This document shows, piece by piece, positions 10,249 to 18,148 of a DNA stretch of 64,000 bases. The position numbers and the translations under genes were made by a program. Every line of letters begins with the position of its first letter. Position 1 is the stretch's first letter. Source of the stretch: an uncultured Planctomycetia bacterium (GTDB taxonomy: Bacteria; Planctomycetota; Planctomycetia; Pirellulales; Thermoguttaceae); contig CAWAAL010000024.1 of the NCBI GenBank assembly GCA_963779975.1, positions 57,153-121,152 of the forward strand. The letters are read 5' to 3'. The notes beneath the pieces are model-generated. The model saw nothing but the letters and a program-made list of their open reading frames with translations. It had not been told where the DNA came from and searched no databases.

Positions 10249-10396
10249 TTGCCTTTGCCTCATAGCGGCATACAATGATGGCAGAGTCGCGATACACTCG
10301 ATCGCGACTCTGCAACAAGAATGTCGGATGACTAGATAGAGAGCAACCCGGCCGTACGGGGAGGCTCGTTAGTGAGTAAGCCGACGTGGTCGAATA
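10249..10396 (+). ncRNA. GTCGGATGACTAG-box RNA module, copy 1 (3'-truncated)
   Basis: -35 TTGCCT 10249-10254, 16 nt, -10 TACAAT 10271-10276. 13-bp P1 hairpin 10281-10313; box 10323-10335. The terminator 5' arm breaks at 10396 into an antisense gene relic. Confidence 0.7.
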
Positions 10397-10819
10397 GTCG
10401 TACAGCTCGCGCAGTTGCGTTTCCGGCAGTTCGACGGGCGCCAAATACGGGAAGAGCATCATGTGCTCCCAAGGCATCCAGACCAGTGGAAACGACGGAC
10501 GGATTGGCGCACGAGTGAAGGCGAACGGGTTGACGCCGGACAAGGCAATCGTGGACTCGGCCGTGAGTATGAGTTCCGTGTAGGGTTGGCTGATCTCGAA
10601 TCGACTGGCCGAATTGCCAAAGACATCTTCGAATTCCATGATCGGGACGGCGGGAACAATCTGCAAGCGATAGTTCAAGACGCTCTGATGGACGTCATTG
10701 ATCGGCCGCAGGTGGACGCAATGCTTGCTGTGCTGAACGGGCTGATTGTAACCAAACCGGGTCGTGTGCTTGACAGTCAAGCGACGGCTGCCAATCGTGG
10801 ACGGGACGGGCATGGTCAT
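10397..10819 (-). pseudogene. transglutaminase N-terminal-domain (Bact_transglu_N-like) protein, 3'-truncated by module copy 1
   Basis: RLTVKHTTRFGYNQPVQHSKHCVHLRPIND...FEDVFGNSASRFEI fits the family. Similarity ends at ...LRELYDY, after which the ORF translates the module antisense. Confidence 0.6.
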
Positions 10820-10836
10820 GATGAGGGTCTGAACGG

Positions 10837-11241
10837 CTACTTCTTCTTAACGTCGCGGAGCATCGGCGACTCGGCCAGGGTGAAGAGAACGACCTCCTCG
10901 CCGGTGACGGTGCTAATGTCGTGGTGCATGCTCCGCACCTTGATGCCGGTGATCTCCTGGACCAGCGTTTCCAAGATCGGACGGGCCGTTTCGATCAGAT
11001 GCGTCCGCACTTGCTTGAGCAGGTCGCGCCCCTTCTCGGCAGAGAGCGACTTGACGAGTTGCTGCTCGGCGGCGGTCAAAACGCCTTGCAGGCGGACCAC
11101 GAGCAGATCGCCGAGCAGGTGCGCGTGAATATCCTTGGGTCCCCGGCCCATATAGTCCTGCTCGAAGCGTGTCACTGCTTCGCAGACGGCGGATTCGATC
11201 TCTCCGTGGGTTCTCATGGCAATTTCTCGCTGGGTTCTCAA
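10837..11241 (-). CDS. DUF2294 (MpsC-like) family protein, stand-alone
   Basis: IESAVCEAVTRFEQDYMGRGPKDIHAHLLGDLLVVRLQGVLTAAEQQLVKS...MHHDISTVTGEEVVLFTLAESPMLRDVKKK. Divergent from module copy 2. Confidence 0.8.
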   Translation of the reverse strand: MRTQREIAMRTHGEIESAVCEAVTRFEQDYMGRGPKDIHAHLLGDLLVVRLQGVLTAAEQQLVKSLSAEKGRDLLKQVRTHLIETARPILETLVQEITGIKVRSMHHDISTVTGEEVVLFTLAESPMLRDVKKK

Positions 11242-11344
11242 GAAAGTGGATTATAGCAGATGAACGAAGTTGAGGAAAGCGGTCGAGTAACGCCCTTGAA
11301 CCAGTGGAAGGTCGATCGCCCCGGCGTTCTTGCCAGTCGGGTTA

Positions 11345-11530
11345 TAGCCAGTCGGCAAGGGATCGCTAAAATATAGATGTAACCGCTCCAAAGAGCTTGA
11401 ATGCTCGGATTACGATGAATGTTTGTCGGATGACTAGATGAAATACAACCCGGCCTTGCCGGGGGGTTCGTTGAAGAGTAAGCCGACGTGGCCGAATACC
11501 TGCGGGTGTTCCGCCACGTCGGCTTTTTTG
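11345..11530 (+). ncRNA. GTCGGATGACTAG-box RNA module, copy 2
   Basis: Divergent promoter region (TAGCCA, 16 nt, TAAAAT 11367-11372). Box 11425-11437; full terminator; T6 11524-11529. 75 nt to ATG 11605. Confidence 0.7.
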
Positions 11531-11604
11531 TTTCCGTGGTGCAAGACGGTCGGAATCCATTCACGGAAGGCTACTTCTCGGCCCAAGCATTGGAGGATAG
11601 GATC

Positions 11605-11883
11605 ATGTTGTTCTTGGCGCAATCACTACTCACGATGGCGGGCTTTGAGTACGACGAAATCGACGAAACCTGGGTAGCGCGAATGCCGTTGCGTCCTCTT
11701 GTGGCGGTCGAATGCGACGAGGATCGAGCTTACGTCCGGGAGGCGCTGAGGGAGGTCCAAGCGAGTCTTGACGCTATCGGCTGCGCCTACGACAACTACT
11801 TCGTGGTCAACGGCCGCTTCGTCTCCGTCCCAGGGCCTAGCGCCCGTGCGGCTACGGGTCTGGACGAACAGGATGACGGTTAA
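11605..11883 (+). CDS. hypothetical protein
   Basis: ATG 11605 follows RBS GGAGGA (MLFLAQSLLTMAGFEYDEIDETWVARMPL...). No family recognised. Confidence 0.4.
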   Translation: MLFLAQSLLTMAGFEYDEIDETWVARMPLRPLVAVECDEDRAYVREALREVQASLDAIGCAYDNYFVVNGRFVSVPGPSARAATGLDEQDDG

Positions 11884-12071
11884 AGTCGTCCCCATCCTGT
11901 GCAGGGCAGGATCGGATCGAGCCCGCTCAGCCAATGTCTCGTCAATCTGATGGATCATCCGGCAGGATCGGTCCATCAGGTCCCTCGCCTCCTGTTCATT
12001 GATCTTCAGGTTCCACTTCACGTCGTTGAGCCGCAGGTTACCACACAACTGAAGACCGTAATCGTGCGCGC

Positions 12072-12248
12072 CTACCCGGTCACGTTCTTCACGGCTTTCT
12101 TTACCGCGCAGGCAGCCTTTTGGACGGCCTGCTTCGCCTTCCCGACCACTTGGTCGGTCTTTCCTTCGTCACGAAGCTTGTCGTTGCCGGTCAGCGCCCC
12201 GGCGGCTTCCTTGATTCGACCCTTCACCACGTCTGTCTTGCCACCCAT
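12072..12248 (-). CDS. CsbD-like general stress protein (58 aa, below ORF-track cutoff)
   Basis: Hand translation: MGGKTDVVKGRIKEAAGALTGNDKLRDEGKTDQVVGKAKQAVQKAACAVKKAVKNVTG. ATG at 12248-12246, TAG at 12074-12072. Confidence 0.75.
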   Translation of the reverse strand: MGGKTDVVKGRIKEAAGALTGNDKLRDEGKTDQVVGKAKQAVQKAACAVKKAVKNVTG

Positions 12249-12585
12249 GATGGTGACTCCTTTCCTATAAAGCCCGGAATGGAGAATGCAACAGGTAGGG
12301 CCAATGCAGCGAATTTCGGACGTAAGTGCTTCAAAGTGAAGTGGTTCCGCCGATGGCTGCGGTCATTCTCTGTGCCTCGCTGGGGAACAAACTGTTTCCA
12401 GCCAAGATGAAACAGGCCCAGCAATTCGGTCCATGCCGTCTCGTTGGATGGCAGCGGCACGAAGGGCAGCGTAGCCGACAGGCAAGGCTTCCCTTTCATG
12501 AACAAATGCCCTATTGGTTGTATTTAATTACAGCAGCCAAAGCAGGGGCCCACAAGGGTCCGGCGCCAGGAAAGGACCTGAACGG

Positions 12586-12672
12586 CTACTTCTTCTTTAC
12601 GTCGCGGAGAATGAGCGACTCGGCGCGGGTGAAGAGAACGACCTCCTCGCCGGTGACGGTGCTGATGTCGTT
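12586..12672 (-). pseudogene. DUF2294 gene relic (last 28 codons + stop)
   Basis: The reverse strand reads NDISTVTGEEVVLFTRAESLILRDVKKK-stop. It lies 22 nt left of the copy 3 promoter. Confidence 0.7.
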
Positions 12673-12694
12673 TGAAAGAAAGCCAAAAGCTCTA

Positions 12695-12880
12695 TTGCCT
12701 TCGCCGCGTAGCGGCGTATGATAGTTGTATTGGGAGAATCGCGGCGCACTTGATCGCGACCTTTCAACGCAATTGTCGGATGACTAGATAGAGAGCAACC
12801 TGGATGTGCCAGGGGGCTCGTTGAAGAGTAAGCCGACGTGGTCGAATGCCTTCGGGTGTTCCGCCACGTCGGCTTTTTTC
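12695..12880 (+). ncRNA. GTCGGATGACTAG-box RNA module, copy 3
   Basis: TTGCCT 12695-12700, 16 nt, TATGAT 12717-12722. Box 12775-12787; P2 variant CCTGG/CCAGG; T6 12874-12879. 74 nt to ATG 12954. Confidence 0.75.
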
Positions 12881-12953
12881 GTTTTCGGTGTTGCGGGAAC
12901 AGTCGCAACGACCGAGCATGGTCCTTGGACAATCTCAAAAAGGGAGAGTTATC

Positions 12954-13028
12954 ATGTACATCGGTGGCGGATTGGTTACGCTTGTGATCATCGTCTTGGT
13001 TGTCATGTTCCTCGTTCGCGGCTCTTGA
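12954..13028 (+). CDS. possible 24-aa hydrophobic peptide
   Basis: RBS AAGGGAGAG, then ATG 12954: MYIGGGLVTLVIIVLVVMFLVRGS. The tail resembles the DUF3309 C-terminus (LLLVRGF at 3329). Confidence 0.35.
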   Translation: MYIGGGLVTLVIIVLVVMFLVRGS

Positions 13029-13075
13029 GCGTTCACGAAAGCAAGAACGAATCACAATTCACAAAGGATACTATC

Positions 13076-14764
13076 ATGACCGTACGTCACATTTGCCCAT
13101 GGTGCAGAGTCGCCGCACTGGCAACCCTGGGCGCAATAGTTGGCTTGCACAAGGCTACCGCCGTACCGCCGGGCCCGACGGATGCCGCGGATGGGATACA
13201 AGTGCTCACGCGCGGGCCGGTGCATGAGGCCTTCGCGGAAACGGTGACCTTCGATCCGCAACCGGGCATCGTGGCGCCGAAAGCGCCGCCGGCCGCCATC
13301 GAAGAACTTCCGCCGGACCAGAAACCGGAGGGGGCCAACATCGCCTGGATCCCCGGCTACTGGGCCTGGGACGACGAACGAAGCGACTTCCTTTGGGTCA
13401 GCGGCATCTGGCGCGACCTTCCGCCGAGCCGCCAATGGGTGCCCGGTTATTGGGACCAGTCCGGGCAAGGCTACCAATGGACTTCCGGGTACTGGGCGGA
13501 TGCCCAGGCGAGTAACGTGCAATATTTGCCCGAACCGCCTGTGACCGCCGAAGCCGGTCCCAACATTCCGTCGCCTTCGCCGGACGACACTTGGCTGCCG
13601 GGAAGTTGGCTGTGGCAGCAAAACCGCTATGCTTGGCGTCCCGGTCTCTGGGCCACCGCACATCCGGATTGGGAGTGGGTTCCCGCCCATTACCTATGGG
13701 CTCATCGCGGCTATGTTTTTGTCGACGGCTACTGGGATTACTCCATCGGCCGCCGCGGCGTACTGTTTGCGCCAGTGTATTTCAGTGCGGGCATGTATAC
13801 GCAGCCCCGTTTCTCCTATTCGCCCGCGACGGTGATCGATCTGGATGTTTTCACCAACTGTCTGTTCTTGAGGCCGCAATATCAACACTACTATTTCGGC
13901 GACTACTACGCCGACAATTATCAAGCAGCGGGGTTCTACCCGTCGTATTCGTACAACTCCGGCCGCCATGGCTACGATCCGATTTTCACCCACGAGCGCT
14001 GGCAGCATCGCCAGGACGGACAGTGGGAGCGTCGCATTGCGGCCGACTTCCAGAACCGCCGCGATCACGCGGATGCCCGACCGCCGCGGACGTTGGCGGC
14101 GCAAACAGCATTCAGGGCCGGCGAGGCGACGTCCGGAAAGAGGAGTCCCGTGCTGGCCGTGCCGTTCTCCCAATTCACGAAGAGTCAGAATAGTCCGCTG
14201 CGATTCCAGCCGGTCGATTCGTTGGAGCGACAAAAGCTGGTTCAGCACGTGCAAGCGGTGCAACGATTCCGCGAGCAGCGGCAGAAACTGGAGAACCAAG
14301 CAGCGGCGCCCTCAGCCGCCTCAGCGGCGAGACAATTCGCGCCGGCCAACGGGAGACTTCCCACCTCTCCGATCGCGACGAGGTCAAACACGGAACTCGG
14401 CAAGGATCACGTTCCACCCCAGATGCATGTAGCTCCCAAGCCGGATCTCACGGTCGAGGCCAAGCCGAGAGCGACTCCATCGCTGGAGAAACCGCAGCAA
14501 CGCACCGTGAACCGGCTGCCGCTCGATACGCCGAAACCTGAACCCCGGGCCGAACGGCCGGCACCGAAAGCGGAACCCCGGGTCGAACGGCCGGCACCGA
14601 AAGCGGAACCCCCGGTCGAACGGCCGGCACCGAAACCTGAACCCCAGGTCGAACGCCCAGCGCCGAAACCTGAACCCCAGGTCGAACGCCCAGCGCCGAA
14701 ACCGCCGGCAGAGCGACCGGCAGCGGGACCGAACCGAAATGGACAAAAGGAAAAGGGTAAATAG
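13076..14764 (+). CDS. secreted YXWGXW-repeat protein with Pro/Lys/Glu-rich repeat tail
   Basis: ATG 13076 with a signal-like N-terminus. Repeated GYWxW/WxPGxW aromatics (WIPGYWAWDD, WVPGYWDQSG, WTSGYWAD, WLPGSWLWQ). The tail is (PKxEPxVERPA)n. Confidence 0.6.
   Translation: MTVRHICPWCRVAALATLGAIVGLHKATAVPPGPTDAADGIQVLTRGPVHEAFAETVTFDPQPGIVAPKAPPAAIEELPPDQKPEGANIAWIPGYWAWDDERSDFLWVSGIWRDLPPSRQWVPGYWDQSGQGYQWTSGYWADAQASNVQYLPEPPVTAEAGPNIPSPSPDDTWLPGSWLWQQNRYAWRPGLWATAHPDWEWVPAHYLWAHRGYVFVDGYWDYSIGRRGVLFAPVYFSAGMYTQPRFSYSPATVIDLDVFTNCLFLRPQYQHYYFGDYYADNYQAAGFYPSYSYNSGRHGYDPIFTHERWQHRQDGQWERRIAADFQNRRDHADARPPRTLAAQTAFRAGEATSGKRSPVLAVPFSQFTKSQNSPLRFQPVDSLERQKLVQHVQAVQRFREQRQKLENQAAAPSAASAARQFAPANGRLPTSPIATRSNTELGKDHVPPQMHVAPKPDLTVEAKPRATPSLEKPQQRTVNRLPLDTPKPEPRAERPAPKAEPRVERPAPKAEPPVERPAPKPEPQVERPAPKPEPQVERPAPKPPAERPAAGPNRNGQKEKGK
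14531..14722 (+). repeat. 33-bp tandem repeat x ~5.8 (codes PKAEPRVERPA units)
   Basis: Units at 14531, 14564, 14597, 14630 and 14663, plus a partial unit at 14696, read directly from the sequence. Confidence 0.85.
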
Positions 14765-15041
14765 GTCGTCGTGGTTGAGCCTTGACGGCAAGAACACGAC
14801 CGGCTGTGTGCTCGGCGAGCAGTTCGGCAGGTCGAAGGAAGTGAAACGACTTGCCTTTGCCAGAAAGGCACGAGCAAAAACAAGACCGTGACGACGACCA
14901 CTCAGACCAAGGACGGTAAGACAGCAGGCGGGACGACCACGAACGACACGAAGACAAAAACCACTGCTCCTCCCGCTGGCGGCAAGGCGACTGAAAAGAC
15001 GACCGAAACGACCACCGAGACGACCAAGTAGGTTTTGCGAA

Positions 15042-15094
15042 AGCGTTTTCTGAATGCTAGGTATAACCCCTACGCATTCAGAAACGCTATTTTA
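15042..15094 (+). terminator. long hairpin, terminator-like
   Basis: AGCGTTTTCTGAATGCTAGG / CCTACGCATTCAGAAACGCT (about 19 bp, one bulge), followed by ATTTTAT. Confidence 0.5.
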
Positions 15095-16311
15095 TCCTTG
15101 CTTCGCCCGAAGAAATACGAGCTGGAGATTCACGGCGCGAAGGTGAAACCAGGCTTCGAGGTCGATCCCGATGTCCCGGCCTGTCATTCGGAGGTGCGGG
15201 AACGTGTCCATAGGGTCCGGTCAGATCGCCTGTCGCCTTGCGGTTTGAGTCCTTATGACACGCCTTGGCGGCGGAACGACACCGGCCTTGCTGTGCCCAG
15301 TCCCACCGGGCAACCGTCGCTGAACGCCGCACTTTCGCCTCAATCTTCAGCGCCGGAGTCCAATTTTCCCGAACTACAGGCCATTCCCGATCTCGGCCCC
15401 CCGTCGTTCCCCGAAACGAATGGGCGGGAAGGCACGAGCCCGGCCGAGCCAGCCCTTGACCTGACTCGCAGCGTCGGACGGCCGGTCGCGCTTCCGCAGC
15501 AAACGTACACCCGCTCGTCGGAGTTATCCGACCGCTTGACGCAGATCGCACGCGGCAAGGGCATGCTCCCCGGTCAGGGCATCAACGTCTGCTCATAAGC
15601 AACGGCATCGCCCTCATGCACGGCACCGTCCGCACGCCCGGCGACTGCGTCCTGCTGGCGAACGTCCTGGCTCTCGAACCGGAGGTGCGGCAGATTGACA
15701 ACCGCTTGGTCGCCTTCGGTCCTCGGTAGGCTTTTTGGGCGATCGCCGGTGGCCGTTCGGGGTTCCGTGGCATTGACGCTTTGCGGGCGCTATCGTCGCT
15801 TGTACGCACTCCAGGGGGTAACTGGACGGGATTTCGCTGGTGTCGGCCGGCAAGGCCGGGTTCAGGCGATTACCGGGTCGATCGAGATTGTTGGCTGCGG
15901 CACGAATTGACCCGCCGACCTGAAACAGGGCGCGTAGCGTCGGTCCTGCACCACGGCATCCGGTCGAACCACCACCAGACGGCGCCCATGGCCACGAATT
16001 TGGCGGACCACGAGCACGGATTCCGCATTAAGAAGTGGACACCGAATGAGAGTGATGCCCAGAGTGCTGGGCCGGATCAGAAGGACAATGGGCCATGGCA
16101 GAAAGTGAAACCTTCCGGGCGCTGCACGACAACAGTACGACACCAAAGACAAACAGTGCGGCGCTCGGAGGTTCCTCCCGCGCCGGAAAAGCCGAGCCGA
16201 CACCTGTGCCAATGGCGCCGCACGCATGCGCGCTACAGTACCTCATTTCCATCATCAAGAACTCGCAACGCAGGAGCCCGTCACAATAGAACGACTGAAG
16301 GATGGTGCCTC

Positions 16312-17763
16312 ATGGTAACAATGGACAAGTCCGAACCGGGGTCGATTCGCACCTATCTGATGCAAATGGGCGACATCCCTCTGCTCAGCCGGAGCGAGGA
16401 GTTGGCGACAGCTCGTCAAATCGACAAGACTCGCGGTCGGCTGCGGCGTGGCATGTTGTCCGCCCACTTTATCCTTCACGCGGCGATCGCCGCGGCGGAA
16501 GAAGTCCTGAGCGGCAAGCTGCGGTGGGACCAGGTGATCGAGTTATCGAACGATGATCCCAGGAAGGGGCAGATAACTCAGCTCTTGGAGACGAATTGCC
16601 GGACGCTCGGTCAGCTCCTGCGCTTGAACCGGAATGATTTCCGCATCGCCGTCGGTCATCGGAAGCATTCGCCGGACGATCGTCGGGCCGCACGGCGGCG
16701 GCTAGTCCATCGCCGTCGAAGGGCGGCGTCGTTGATCGAGGAAGTCGCGGTGCGAATGCCCTGCATGCAGTCGGCGCTGACCACGCTCAGGCAGATGTCC
16801 GAACGGATGACCGCCGTCGCCGTAGCGCGGGCGAAAGTGCAATCGGTTGCTGGCGAAGAACACCAACTTGAAGAGCTGCGCAAGGAAATGCGCTGCCTGA
16901 TGCGGGTCACGCAGGAAACCCCAGCCACGTTGCGCCGACACTTGACGCGGATCGCGGCGATGAGCAAAGAGCATGCAGCGGCCCGCCGCGACCTGGCGGC
17001 GGGCAACCTCCGTCTGGTCGTCTCGATCGCCAAGCGATACCGCAATCGCGGGCTGAGCTTGTTGGACCTGATCCAGGAAGGTAATACCGGCCTGATGCGG
17101 GCCGTCGATAAGTTCGAGTCCGCCCGCGGCTTCCGCTTCTCGACCTACGCTACCTGGTGGATCCGCCAGGCCATGAGCCGGGCGATCGCCGACCAGAGCC
17201 GGACCATCCGCGTGCCGGTCCACATGATCGAAAAGATGGGCAAGGTCCGCGACATCAATCGCGATCTGGTTCACAACGAGGGCCGCGAACCGACCCTGGA
17301 GGAAGTGGCCCAACTCAGCGGGCTGTCGATCGCCGACACGCAGCGGGCCTTGAAGATGAGCCGGCAACCGCTTTCCTTGGACCAACCCGTGGGCCATCAG
17401 GAAGAGAACTTCCTTGGCGACCTGCTCTTCGATCATCGCGAAGAAGATCCGCTGGCCGGCATGAACCAGGCCATGCTTCGTTCGAGCATCACCGACGTTT
17501 TGCAGACGCTCGACTATCGCGAGCGGGAGATCCTGCGGCTGCGCTACGGGCTGGCCGACGGCTACACCTCGACACTGCAGGAGATCGGCCGGATCTTCTC
17601 CGTCACCCGGGAGCGGGTCCGCCAGATCGAGTCCGAGGCGATCCGCAAGCTCCAGCGTCCGGCTCTGTCTCGCAAACTCGCAGGCTTTCTGGATGAGCAG
17701 ATCCCGCTGCTGAGCAACATCAACTTCGGTCTCAGCGGGATCGCCATGGCCGGGAATTTGTGA
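16312..17763 (+). CDS. RpoD-family sigma-70 factor (regions 1.2, 2, 3, 4)
   Basis: ATG 16312. [85 protein letters not shown]...[20 protein letters not shown]. Confidence 0.85.
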   Translation: MVTMDKSEPGSIRTYLMQMGDIPLLSRSEELATARQIDKTRGRLRRGMLSAHFILHAAIAAAEEVLSGKLRWDQVIELSNDDPRKGQITQLLETNCRTLGQLLRLNRNDFRIAVGHRKHSPDDRRAARRRLVHRRRRAASLIEEVAVRMPCMQSALTTLRQMSERMTAVAVARAKVQSVAGEEHQLEELRKEMRCLMRVTQETPATLRRHLTRIAAMSKEHAAARRDLAAGNLRLVVSIAKRYRNRGLSLLDLIQEGNTGLMRAVDKFESARGFRFSTYATWWIRQAMSRAIADQSRTIRVPVHMIEKMGKVRDINRDLVHNEGREPTLEEVAQLSGLSIADTQRALKMSRQPLSLDQPVGHQEENFLGDLLFDHREEDPLAGMNQAMLRSSITDVLQTLDYREREILRLRYGLADGYTSTLQEIGRIFSVTRERVRQIESEAIRKLQRPALSRKLAGFLDEQIPLLSNINFGLSGIAMAGNL

Positions 17764-17801
17764 CGGCCTGCCGGGACCGACTGGCAGTGGTCCATCTCCG
17801 C

Positions 17802-17918
17802 TTCCTTGCCGGCGCAACCATCTTGGACGGCAGAGCCTTGGCGATAAATGGCGCGGTAACACTCGATGACAACACGATCACCGCGCCAAGTTCGGTTCCA
17901 GAACCCGTATCCCTAAGC
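17802..17918 (+). pseudogene. relic of a DUF3494 (ice-binding-like) protein C-terminus with start of a PEP-CTERM motif
   Basis: FLAGATILDGRALAINGAVTLDDNTITAPSSVPEPVSLS parallels ATILNGRALAQTGAVTMDTNTIS of the 18149 gene. It is cut at the -35 of module copy 4 and has no 5' part. Confidence 0.55.
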
Positions 17919-17922
17919 CCCA

Positions 17923-18105
17923 TTGCCTTTGCCCTTTGGCGGCGTAAAATGTGAGTGTTGGAAGAGTCGCATGGCAGATCGCGCTGCTCCAACGTAATTG
18001 TCGGATGACTAGAAAGAGGGCAACCCGGCCCTGCCGGGGGGCTCGTTAGCGAGTAAGCCGACGTGGTCGAATACCTCCGGGTGTTCCGCCACGTCGGCTT
18101 TTTTC
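17923..18105 (+). ncRNA. GTCGGATGACTAG-box RNA module, copy 4
   Basis: TTGCCT 17923-17928, 16 nt, TAAAAT 17945-17950. Box 18000-18012; T6 18099-18104. 44 nt to ATG 18149. Confidence 0.75.
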
Positions 18106-18148
18106 GTGCTTGGTTGCGCATCACAGTCACTTCACACGGAGACCCACG

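Noticed and set aside
11884-12048. Minus-strand fragment ...RARSDPALHRMGTTLTV, reminiscent of the PP2C phosphatase GMGTTL motif.
   Set aside because: It is a single short motif match with no flanking PP2C motifs, which is too weak to annotate even as a relic.
14765-15031. Thr/Lys-rich low-complexity reading frame (...TVTTTTQTKDGKTAGGTTTNDTKTKTTAPPAGGKATEKTTETTTETTK). It lies in the same frame as the YXWGXW protein, after two stop codons, and ends 10 nt before the hairpin.
   Set aside because: There is no ATG start; the only possible start is an internal GTG. It could be a lost C-terminal extension or chance, and the evidence is insufficient to call a gene.
15035-15598. 187-aa ORF in the 1.5-kb gap upstream of the RpoD-family gene.
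   Set aside because: It starts inside the strong terminator-like hairpin at 15042-15094 using a non-ATG start, has no RBS and shows no family resemblance. The region 15100-16300 is left unannotated.
17998-18060. Resemblance of the box and first hairpin to known riboswitch cores: ZTP GGGUCGUGACUGG, c-di-GMP-I AGGGCAAACC, guanidine-III CCGGACGAGG.
   Set aside because: Only 6-9-nt partial matches exist. The characteristic second subdomains and pseudoknot partners of those classes are absent, and the downstream genes do not fit their regulons. A covariance-model scan is needed for a definitive answer.
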